NCBI GenBank assembly: GCA_048213135.1
Contig: PS015187.1
Location: forward strand, 1 to 64,000
Length of the DNA stretch: 64,000 bases
Origin: Reclinomonas americana ATCC 50394
Taxonomy: Eukaryota
Direction: 5' to 3'
Made by a program: the position numbers and the translations under genes. Below, piece by piece: positions 47,230 to 58,752 of the stretch (its first letter is position 1; each line of letters opens with the position of its first letter). Below the pieces are notes generated by a model. It was not told where the DNA came from and made no database searches. It saw only the letters and a list, made by a program, of their open reading frames with translations.

Positions 47230-50200
47230 ATGAGTGAGAGATGTCCTCTTCTCCTATCCAGTTGTGTGACTGATTGCTGCTCGCTGTGACAGCTGCAGCT
47301 GCCATTGATGCCGCTGTTCGACTCATGCCTCCAGATCCTCCTCCAGCAGCAGGTGTGCCATCATCTCGTTGGGATTTCTCCCGCTGTTTGTGTCTCCTGA
47401 CGATGATGATGGTGCCTCCTGAGAAAGAGGTGTTTGATGACTTTACACCACGGCCAGCATTCATGATTCACAGCTGGTTAGGCGACGACATGATCACTGA
47501 TGCCGACTATGTCGCTCGTTTCGTCTGGTCATCTGTGCTCTCACTGCTGGATGTTGGACTCCTCGCATTCATTCGTCACATGCAGTGCGCGTGAGACGTC
47601 GACAAAATGTGAGTGTTCCACATCTGTCGGTCGATGGAAATGTCACTCTGCGTGCGGCTGGGGTTGTGCACGATCCAGATCCCTTCCCGACGGATGGCCA
47701 GTGGCTTATCGACGAGTGCGACTTACTCAAGCCATACGCACGGTTGTTTGGAGAAAAGTGCGTTCCGTTTGCCCACCAATGCCTCTCTTCTTCCACGAAA
47801 CCAAGCGCACACTCTCATGCTGTCTTTCATCTGTTGGTGTTTGTTTCTCTCGCTCTCTTTCTGCTCAGTCGCAGTCTTTTCGCAGATTGTGGCCCTTCCT
47901 TAAACTTTTTTCTCCTGTGCATTCTGCGTTCTCTTTGTGCGCTTTCAGCCTTCCACCCTTGCTCGAGTTGTACTTCTTCCTGCAACGTACGCGCCGTTTA
48001 TGCTCTTCAGACTGATTGAATACTCTTGAGAGACTCTTTCACTTCCTGACATTGCGCACACGCACTCAATGTGTTTTCACAAACCTGGAGTCGTTGGGCT
48101 TCCTCTCTCTCTCTCTCTCTTCCTCTTTCATGCTGCGGAGACACTCGCTTGCGCTTGTTTCATCTACAAGCTGCAAGGCGTTCGCTCCAGTTCGTTCTCT
48201 CTTCGTAGATGCCCTTTCCCCTGTGCCTCTGTTTCTCACCTTTCATTCTGTGACATGCAGTGATGGGAAAGAGATCCCCGACGAGCAACAGCGTCGGTAC
48301 GTCAGCGAGTGAGTCTATGTCACTCGCAAGAATTCCCTGACTCAACCCATTCAGCGTGCAAGTTGGTGATGTATGCAAGGAACCCCCGCCACCAGAACCT
48401 CGCGACAAGGGAATATGGCCTCTGACTGGCGTCCTTTCGCTTGCCAGCTTGCACAAATGGTGTCCGACGGGCTTGATGCAGCATATTTCACGTTCGGCTG
48501 AGATCAGCTCCGAGGCCATGTTGCAGCTCATGTCGCTTGGTGCAATCGGGCAGTTGGTGCACAACTCGGTGTGTTTCGTATTGCTGTATTCACGTTGTGG
48601 TCAGTGATGATGTTGATCTTAATCAGTCTCTTTGTACAGTGTCGTGGTGATGTTATGATGACGAGCAACACAGACGCCGCTGCTTTCCCGATCACGCGAA
48701 CCCGCCCCAAGCCGGATATCGAAATAGTTTTCAAGTGCTATTACCCTGTGTTGATTGGCGAGCTGAAGCAAGAGAATGCATCAACTGCGAGCAGTGAGAT
48801 TGATATGTTCATTCTGCTGCTGCAAATGGCGTACAGCCTGTGGTGGCGGGTCTGTGAACTTGACGACGAGGAGTTGACGCAACATCGTGTTTACGGGTGG
48901 CACCAGACTGGAACCAACGTCATCTTGATACAGATGAGAGCCACGGTGGACAGTGTCCGTGGCAAGGTCCGTACACATCAATTACTGTATGCTGAGCCGT
49001 TGAGTGTTGACCTCTCCTTGTGCATTGCAGTCGAGATTTCTGTTTCGGTACCAAAACGTTTATCGCCGCGACAAGCGTTGCACACTGGTTCCATTTCTGG
49101 AGTGGTCGATTGTGCGCACCGTGCTTTTGTCATTGTTCGAGATCACCAGACAGTGCGTGGAGTTGGAGGATGAGCGACCATTACCCGGTTTGACCACGCT
49201 GGTGTTCAAGTTGTCGAAGGTGAGCAGTGATTCTTATCACACCTTTCACCTGTTCTCCTGATTGATCTGTTGGCCAGCCACGTGCGAGCGGTGAATCCTC
49301 AGATGCCGGACCACATGTCGAGGTGGACGACGCTGGTGGTGGTGGTGGTGGTGCTGGAATGAGGATGCGCAAGACGGTCAACTGCGACTTTACCAGTGCG
49401 CGCCTTGTCAATGGCCTACCCGTGGAGCTGGCTGTCCTCCTGGTTTGTTGGAGATTTTGATGCATCTCCCTCGCGTGTAACTCACCGATGCTTTGTCTCT
49501 TCTCATGCCAGCTACGACTGCCGCACACGGTTCCGCTGTTGCAATACTGGATTGATCCAGACCGTGACAAGTACGGATACATCATGCCTCGACTTCATCC
49601 GTGTGAGCCGCAGTCTGTCGAGGAGGCACTCGCAGCCACACGTGACGTGTGTGTGGCGCTCGCCGCGCTGCACGGAGCCGGATTCGTGCACTGCGATGTG
49701 AAGCCGTCGAATGTGATGAAGGACGAGACTGGGAACGCCGTGCTGATTGACTTTGATCACGCGCGTGTAGTGGAGGGCGGTGGTGGAACGCGGCAGCAGC
49801 AGCAGCACATGAGCGCGCACAGTACTGGGACTGTGGGGTATCAGGTGTGCATTGCACGAAAAGCAAATAGCACAACACTGCACACTTGTCTGACATCGAG
49901 TGCGGCACACACAGGCACCAGAGATTGTGGAGAGTGGCCGTGGTGACGAGCGAGTGGACACGTGGGGCCTTGGTGTCACTCTCGGTGCATGGGTCGCACG
50001 TGTGGCTCCCAGTGGGTGCTCGGCGATGTTGAAGTGGCAGCACGGCATTGACGAACATTTGTGTTGCACTGACGACAGCAGCAGCAGCAGCTGTAGCAGG
50101 TGGGAGGCGGCAGTTGGTTGCCTTGTGGGTGACATTCGCAGTTGCTTCGGCAAGAGTTGTGCGAGTGCTGTGAGATTGTTGGAGACGATGCTGGTGGTGG

Positions 50201-50253
50201 CGGCTTCGCAGCGGAAGATGTGCGCTCAGTTGCTGGAGGGTGGTTTGTTGTAG
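47230..50253 (+). CDS. PD-(D/E)XK nuclease-fold + protein kinase fusion (Crinkler/CR-effector-like); apparently intact copy
   Basis: About 10 exons splice in frame. Nuclease-like: RPKPDIEIVFKCYYPVLIGELK...LLQMAYSL...RVYGWHQTG. Kinase: LHGAGFVHCDVKPSNVM, LIDFD, GTVGYQ|APE, VDTWGLG. Stop TAG at 50253. Confidence 0.75.
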
Positions 50254-51128
50254 TGTCGCCGGGTGAGGCGTTGACGCCTCGGTTGGGGTGCGTGTGGGGC
50301 GTTGTGCAAATGAAAGGCAATGATGAAGTCGCTGCGGGAGGAGCGGCGGAGGGACGAGCGAGCAGTAGTTGTGGTGTGTTGTAGGCAAGAAGCTGGTGAT
50401 GACTTGGTCGGATCATGGCGCACTGAATGCATGACACCTCGTGCCTCCTTGCGGAACGCCACATTGCTGTCTCCTGGTTCCTTGCACTGTTTGCATCATG
50501 CAGTTGCTGCTCTGTCATCCTCAGCCTCAGAAACAACATTATACTCAGATTCACACCTCTCAACAACGCGCCACCTCCTTGCACGACACTGCGTTCCATT
50601 GCAATGCCAGCGACGTCGAGACCTTCATTGCAGGACGGAAGTGAGAGAGTGTTTACACAACGAACGGAAGAGTGACCGACACTCACCCGTTCGTATGAAG
50701 CGACGACGTGCAGCAGTGCGAACGAAGGGCAAGAAGGGAAAGAGAGGAGTGAAGAATGTGGAACAGGAAGAGGACGTGGAGGACGAAGCACATGAAGACG
50801 AGCAGCCGCAACGCAAGCGCAGGAAGGTTGCAGAGCTCGGATGCGTGGCGACTGTCGTGGATGGTGAGTGGAGATGAAGACAGAGAGAGAGAGGAAGTGA
50901 CATCTTCTGCCTTTTCCATCTTCCAGTGTCTCTCACTCTTCTCTCTCTTTCGCATGCTCTTTCTCTCTCTCTTTCGTGTGTGTGTATGTGTGTGTGTGTG
51001 TTCCTCCTTCTGTCTCTTTGTTCAGTCACTCTGGTCTCTCGCTCGCATGCGTTCTCCCTTGTATGTGTGCCTCCTTCTCTGTCTCTCTCTGTTTGTTGTC
51101 AGTCTTCAATGTCTCCTTGTGTGCAAGC

Positions 51129-54100
51129 ATGAGTGAGAGCTGTCTTCTTCTCCTGTCCAGTTATCCGACTGATTGCCGCTCGCTGTGACAGCTGCAGCTG
51201 CCATTGATGCCGCTGTTCGACTCATGCCTCCAGATCCTCCTCCAGCAGCAGGTGTGCCATCATCTCGTTGAGATTTCTCCCTCTGTTTGTCTCTCCTGAC
51301 GATGGTGCCGTGCCTCCTGTGGAAGAGGTGTTTGATGACTTTACACCACGGCCTGCGGATGTGATCCGCAAGTGGTTGGGCGACGAAATGATCAAGGACA
51401 CCGACTATGTCGCTCGTTTCGTCGTGCGCTCACTTTTGGTTGTTGTTCTCCTCACATTCATTTCGCATGCAGTGCGTGTGAGACATCGATTGGAAAGTGA
51501 GATTCTTACACATCACATCTGTCGGACGGTGGAAATGCCACTCTGCGTGCGGCTGGGATTGTGCACGATCCAGATCCCTTCCCGACGGATGGCCAGTGGC
51601 TTATCGACGAGTGCGACGTACTCAAGCCCTACGCACGGTTGTTTGGAGAAAAGTGCGTAGCTTGTCGCCGACGCCTATTACCTGCACAACCAAGTGCACA
51701 CTCTCATGCTGTCTTTCATCTGGTGGTGCTTGTTTCTCTCGCTGTCTTTCTGCTCGGTCGCAGTCTTTTCGCAGATTGTGGCCCTTTCTTGAACTTTTCT
51801 CTCCTGTGCATTCTGCGTTCTCTTTGTGCGCTTGCAGCCTTCCGCCCTTGCTCGAGTTGTACTTCCCCCTGCAACGTCCGCGCCCTTTATGCTCTTCAGA
51901 CTGATTGAATACTCTTGAGAGACTCTCTCACTTCCTGGCATTGCGCACACGCACTCAATGTGCTTTCGCAAACCTGGAGTCGTTGGGCTTCCTCTCTCTC
52001 TCTCTCTCTGTTCCTCTTTCATGCTGCGGAGACACTCGCTTGCGCTTGTTTCATCTACAAGTTGAAGGCGTTCGCTCCAGTTCGTTCTCTCTTTGTAGAT
52101 GCCCTTTCCCCTGTGTCTCTGTTTCTCATATTGTGTTCTGTGTCATGCAGTGATGGAGAAGAGATCCCCGACGAGCAGCGTCGGTACGTCAGCGAGTGAG
52201 TCTATGTCACTCGGAAGAATTCCCTGACTCAACCCATTCAGCGTGCAAGTTGGTGATTTATGCAAGGAACCCCCGCCACCAGAACCTCGCGACAAGGGAA
52301 TATGGCCTCTGACTGGCGTCCTTTCGCTTGCCAGCTTGCACAAGTGGTGTCCGACGGGCTTGATGCAGCATATTTCGCGTTCGGCTGAGATCAGCTCCGA
52401 GGCCATGTTGCAGCTCATGTCGCTTGGTGCAATCGGGCAATTGGTGCACAACTCGGTGTGTTTCATATTGCTGTATTCACGTTGTGGTCAGTGATGATGT
52501 TGATCAGTCTCGTTGTACAGTGTGGTGCTGCTGTTGTGTTGACGAGCAACACAGACGCCGCTGCTTTCCCGACCACGCGAACGCGCCCAAAGCAGGATCT
52601 CGAAATAGTTTTCAAGCGCTTTTACCCTGTGTTGATTGGCGAGCTGAAGCAAGGGAATGCATCAACTGCGAGCAATAAGATTGACATGTTCATTCTGCTG
52701 CTGCAAATGGCATACAGCCTGTGGTGGCGGGTCTGTGATCTTGACGACGAGGAGTTTACGCAGCATCGAGTTTACGGGTGGCATCAGACCGGAGCTAGAG
52801 TCATCTTGATACAGATGAGAGCCACGGTGCAGTCTGTCCGTGGCAAGGTCCGTGCACATCAGTTACTGCACGCTGAGCCGTTGAGTGTTGACCTCTCCTT
52901 GTACATTGCAGCCAAGATTTCTGTTTCGGTACCAAACCGTATATGACCCTGACAACTATTGTACCCTGGCTCCATTTCTGGAGTGGTCGATTGTACGCGC
53001 CGTGCTGCTGGCGTTGTTTGAAGGGACCAGAGAGCGGAGGGCATGTGTTGAGCGACCATTGCCCGGTTTGACCACGCTGGTGTTCAACTTGTCGAAGGTG
53101 CGCAGTGATTCCTATAACGCCTTTCACCTGTTCTCCTGATTGATTTGTTGGCCAGCCGCGTCCAAGCGGTGAAGCTCCAGATGCCGGACCACATGTCGAG
53201 ATGGACGACGTTGGTGTTGGTGGTGGTGGAGGAGGAGGAGGTGGAGGCGGAACGAGGATGCGCAAGACGGTCAACTGCGACTTTGCCAGTGCGCGCCTTG
53301 TCAATGGCCTACCCGTGGAGCTGGCTGTCCTCCTGGTTTGTTGAAGATGCCGATGTATCTCCCTTGCATGTAAGAGAGAAAGAGTGAGCGCGGTACTCAC
53401 CGATGCTTTGTCTCTTCTCATGCCAGCTACGACTGCCGCACACGGTTCCGCTGTTACAATACTGGATTGATCCAGACCGCGGCAAGTACGGATACATCAT
53501 GCCTCGACTGCAGCCGTGTGAGCCGCAGTCCATCGAGGAGGCACTCGCAGCCACACGTGACGTGTGTGTGGCACTCGCCGCGCTGCACGGAGCCGGATTC
53601 GTGCACTGTGATGTGAAGCCGTCGAATGTGATGAAGGACGAGACTGGGAACGCCGTGCTGATTGACTTTGATCACGCGCGTGTGGTGGAGGGCGGTGGAG
53701 GGCGACAGCAACACATGAGCACGCACAGTACTGGGACTGTGGGGTATCAGGTGCGCATGGCATGAAAAGCTTATAGCACACCACTGCACACTTGTCTTAT
53801 AATGGGCGCGGCACATACACAGGCACCGGAGATTGTGGAGAGTGGCCGTGGTGACGAACGAGTGGACACGTGGGGCCTTGGTGTCACACTCGGAGCATGG
53901 CTCGCACGCATGGCTCCCAGTGGGTGCTCAGCGATGTTCAAGTGGCAGCACGGCATTGACGAACATTTATGTCGCGCTGGCGCCGGCAAGAGCGGGAGGT
54001 GGGAGGCGGCCGTCGGTTGCCTTGTGGGTGACATTCGCAGTTGCTTTGGCAAGAGTTGTGCGCGCGAGCGCTGTGGGATTGTTGGAGACGATGCTGGTGG

Positions 54101-54156
54101 TGGCGGCTTCGCAGCGGAAGACGTGCGCTCAGTTGCTCGAGGGTGATATGCTATAG
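51129..54156 (+). pseudogene. Second nuclease-kinase copy with frameshifts
   Basis: Relative to copy 1: net +8 nt in the exon at about 51480-51540, and a 4-nt GCGC insertion near 54060 in the last kinase exon. Otherwise collinear. Confidence 0.65.
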
Positions 54157-55014
54157 TGTCGCCGGGAGAAGCGTTGACACGGCGGTTGGTGTGCGCGCGG
54201 GGCGTTGTTCGAATGAAAAGCGATGATGCGGAGGGACGCAAGCAGTAGTTGTGGTGTGTTATCGACAGGAAGCTGTCGACAACTCGGCCGGCATGCATGA
54301 CGCCTCATGCATGACGCCTCGTGCGTCTTTGCGAATTCGAAACCCCAGACTGTTGTCTCTTGGTTCCTTGCACTGTTTGCATCATGCAGTTGCTGTTCTG
54401 CCATCCTCAGCCTCAGAAACAACATTATACCCAGGTTCACACCTCTCAACAACGGGCCACCTCCTTGCACAGCGCTGCGTTCCGTTGCAAAGCCAGCGAC
54501 GTCGAGACCTTCATTGCAGGACGGAAGTGAGAGAGTTTTACACAACGAACGAAGAGCGACCATCACCCACTCGCATGAAGCGACGACGTGCAGCAGTGCG
54601 ACAGAAAGGCAAGAAGGGAAAGAGAGGAGTGAAGAATGTGGAACAGGAAGAGGACGTGGAGGACGAGGAACAAGAAGACGAGCAGCCGCAACGAACGCAG
54701 GAAGGTTGCAGAGCTCGGATGCGTGGCGACTGTCGTGGATGGTGAGTGGAGATGAAGGCAGGAAGAGAGAGAGAAAAAGTGACCTTCTCTGCCTTCCCCA
54801 TCTTCCATGTCTCTCACTCATCTCTCTCGCATGCTCTTTCTCTCTCTTTCGCACGCGTGTGTGTGTGTGTGTGTGTTCCTCCTTCTCTGCCTCTTTGTTC
54901 AGTCACTCTGGTCTCTCGCTCGCATGCGTTCTCCCTTGTATGTGCCTCCATCTCTGTCTCTTTCTGTGTGTTGTCAGTCTCGCTCTGTTCTTCAATGCCT
55001 CCTTGCGTGCGAGC

Positions 55015-55872
55015 ATGAGTGAGAGATGTCTTCTTCTCGTGTCCAGTTGTGTGACTGATTGCCGCTCGCTGTGACAGCTGCAGCTGCCATTGATGCCGCT
55101 GTTCGACTCATGCCTCCAGATCCTCCTCCACTAGCAGGTGTGCCATCATCTCGTTGAGATTTCTCCCTCTGCTTATCTCTCCTGACGATGATGATGGTGC
55201 CTCCTGTGGAAGAGATGTTTGATGACTTTACACCACGGCCTGCGGATGTGATCCGCAAGTGGTTGGGCGACGATATGATCAAGGACGCCGACTATGTCGC
55301 TCGTTTCGTCTGGTCATCTGTGCTCTCACTGCTGGATGTTGGACTCCTCGCATTCATTCGTGGCGTGTAGTGCGCGTGAGATACTACGCACAAAGCGCGA
55401 TTCGGGGCTTTTTGTCCAGAGATGGCAGTGTCACTCTCCGTGCGGCTGGAATTGTACACGATCCAGATCCCTTCCCGACGGATGGCCAGTGGCGTATCGA
55501 AGAGTGCGACGTTCTCAAGCCATACGCACGGTTGTTTGGAGAAAAGTGCGTTCCGGTTCGCCCTCCGACGCTTCTCTGTCTTCTGTGTAGATCTGTAACC
55601 AACTGCATACACTCTTGACTCTCTTTCATCAGCTGGTCTTCGTTTTATTGCTCTCTCTCTCTCTCGTTCTGTTTTCTTGCAGTTTGTGTAGGTTGCGCCT
55701 CACCTTTGGATCCATTCTCTCCCTGCCATTCCCTTCGTCTGCTCCTCTTTCTCATTTTGCGCATTATGGTTGCTTTCAGTCTTCCATCTTTGTGAGTTTG
55801 TGCATACCTCTCTCTCTCTCCCGTCACAGAATGCGCGCGCTCTCTGTATATCCTTGCCAACCCCATAGTCGT

Positions 55873-55903
<31 letters not shown>

Positions 55904-57405
55904 CCTCGCTCTGTTCTGTCTCACACTCGGTTAGATCATCCATATCCTACATATCGTTGATATTCCGTTCTTCTTCTCCCCTCTGCCTTAACTTCTCATC
56001 TTGTGTTCTGTGTCATGCAGCACTGGACAAAAAGTCCCCAACGAGCAGCAGCGTCGGTACGGGAGTGAGTGAGTCTATGCCATACGCAAGGGCCCCCCGA
56101 CTCAACCAGAGGTCTGCATATCCCATTCAGTTTGGATGCTATTGGTTGTGGGAGGAAAGGGCCACCAAGAGAACGCAGAACGGGTGACTGGCCGCTCACT
56201 CAAGTTCTTCCGCTTGCGACCTTTCACAACTGGTGTCCGCTTGGCTTGTTATTTGTGATCAAGCCAATCGACACGAAAGTTTCCGAATCCATGCTACAGC
56301 TATCATCCCTTGGTGCTATAGAGCAACTGTTGAACTACACGGTACGGTTTTTGCTCGATGTCGCACTGACGCTCACGGATATTGTAATCAATCCGTCTCT
56401 GTGTACAGGACAACACTGTTGCTGCAATGACCAGCAACACAGACGCCGTTCCCGCCCGAGAGCTGACTTCGAAATTTATTCTGCTGCAACTTGTAAGCTT
56501 CCGGTGTTGATTGGCGAACTGAAGCCGATTAGTGCATCAACTGCGAGCAGTGAGATTGACATGTTCATTCTGCTGCTGCAAATGGCATACAGCCTGTGGT
56601 GGCGGGTCTGTGATCTTGACGACGAGGAGTTTACGCAGCATCGAGTTTACGGGTGGCATCAGACCGGAGCTAGAGTCATCTTGAGATCTTGATACAGATG
56701 AGAGCCACGATGCTGTCTGTCCGCGGCAAGGTCCGTACACATCAGTTACTGCGCGCTGAGTTGTTGAGTGTTGACGTGTCATTGCAGCCAAGATTTCTGT
56801 TTCGGTACCAAAACATGCATCCCACAGCAACGTCGGCATACAAGCTGCATCCATGTGTGCCGTGGCCAGTAGTGCGCGTCGTGCTTTTGTCATTGTTCGA
56901 GATCACCAGACAGTGCGTGGAGTTGGAGGATGAGCGACCGTGCCCCGCTTTGACCTCGCTGATGCTCAAGTTGTCGAGCCGGAAGGTACGCAGTAATACC
57001 TGTGCGGTGATCCCTCTCACTCACTAAGTTCGATTTCATTGTGACTCTCCTTCCTCCTTCTCCACTTTCGACAGGTCGACTTGTGCTGCGCGGCGCCTGC
57101 AGGACAGATTCTAGTGTAAACATTTGCGTTTGAGAACCGCACGACGATGCTTCGCCGCCTGCTCGCTCAACAGTGCCCAGAGTGCCACTTCAACTGGGAT
57201 GAAGTGCCTGGTGTGTGGTCTGCAATGCCGTGTCGTCATCTTGCTCTAATATATCCTCCTCATGCGCGCGCGTGCAGACAAAGAAAATGATGATGATCAT
57301 GATGATGATGACGACGACGACGAATGTGAAGAGGAAGACTTGACTGACAATGAGCAGTGTGCTGAGATGGAGGAGAAATATCGCGGTGCGTGTTGTGTGA
57401 CGTGA
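55015..57405 (+). pseudogene. Third, diverged copy: nuclease-fold domain followed by a CxxC/acidic tail instead of the kinase; disrupted
   Basis: Frameshifting deletion near 56445, 8-nt duplication (TTGAGATC) near 56681, and an in-frame TAA at 57117-57119. The tail reads ...LLAQQCPECHFNWDEVP|DKENDDDHDDDDDDDECEEED. Confidence 0.65.
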
Positions 57406-58210
57406 TCTGTGTACGCAAATGATTCACGCAAGAAACTTAGCCTCGCTGCATCCCGTCATGCGACAAAAGTGTTGCGTCGTCGTGCTGTACTGTTTACCAC
57501 CTCTGAATGCGGCTGATCGCTCTCGGTAGCGCGATTCACGTACGCCGCTGCGAAGACGCCCACGGTGACGGAGAGTGCTTAAGCGGTGGTCGAAGGAACG
57601 GAAGGAGGAGAAGGAGAGGAGGGAGGAGAGACTCGCGCTTGAGTGGTCATCGGCGATCATTTTCGGCTCTTTTCGCGGCGGGCCGAGGAGTAGCTTGATG
57701 GTTCGAGAGTGAAGCGCATGTGAGTGGGGAACATGGACAAGTCGTTTGTCATGGGCATTAAAATAGGCACAGAGGCGCCAGAGGAGATGTCGATGGAGGG
57801 TGAGAATACGCCGATTTTCTCGCGCACAAGACAGTTCTCAGCACTCGATACCCAAGCCACCCTCGCATCCATAGAAGCTGACTTCTTCGAAATCTTGCGC
57901 CCTTGCGTTTTAGTCAACAGTGCCTTTGCTGAAATATTTTGCGCCATGAAGTACTAGTCCTGGACCACACCAGCCAGCACGCGAATGCTTGGCATTGCCT
58001 CCTGAAAGGGAAGATGACTATTTGGAGAAGAAAATGGTAGTTTGTGCCTTGGTCATTGTCGACAAGGGATTTGTGGGCGTTTGTCGACGTCGCATTATTG
58101 GAGGTGAATCAATTGTTTTGTTGTCAGTTTCACAGCGGACGCAACAAGAACATCGAGAGTGCTGTGGATTGGCAATAGGCAGGTTGCACAGCACTGTATT
58201 CAGCAACGCG

Positions 58211-58241
<31 letters not shown>

Positions 58242-58296
58242 ACTCAACGTCGCATGTCCTAATCCAGATATCGAAATTACTCCGTGTCTCTTGAGA

Positions 58297-58698
58297 ATGG
58301 ATCAAGACGAACGCCCTCCCTCCTCCTCCTCCTCTGCTCCCACTGCTCCCATGAGTGAGGCCGAGGAGTCGGCCACACGAGAACGCATGCGAGGGGAGTT
58401 GGAGGCGACAGCGGCGGCGGAGATGGAGGAGTTGTTGTTTGAGAGGGCGGGTGGAGTGCGATTGGAGGCCAGGGTGTTGGTGAGAGAGAGAAGAAGAAGA
58501 AGAAGAAGGGAAGGGGAAGGGAAGAAGGAAAGGGGAGAGAGAAGGGGAGGAGAAGGAAGAGTGAGTGAGTGAGGGAGAGAAGGAGAAGGGAAGGAAACGC
58601 GCATCAATCACTCAATGTCAGTCATGTGTGTCTCTCGCACTCACTCACACACTCACTCACCCACTCATTCTCTTGCTCACACACTCACTCACTCACTC

Positions 58699-58752
<54 letters not shown>

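Larger units (their letters stand above)
46735..57000 (+). repeat. Direct tandem segmental array, ~3.9-kb unit, ~2.6 copies
   Basis: Homologous ATGs at 47230, 51129 and 55015 (spacings 3899 and 3886). Upstream flanks and introns are shared. Confidence 0.95.

Noticed and set aside
57117-57119. In-frame TAA suggesting stop-codon reassignment or readthrough
   Set aside because: The same copy also has two frameshifts, and TAA, TAG and TGA all terminate intact genes elsewhere in the window.
46735-57405. Classical transposon or LTR element explaining the array
   Set aside because: No terminal inverted repeats, LTRs, reverse transcriptase or DDE transposase motifs are visible. The units are intron-containing direct repeats.
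57420-58290. Short ORFs on both strands between the array and the TerD-LRR gene
   Set aside because: No recognisable motif and no consistent splice model; left unannotated.
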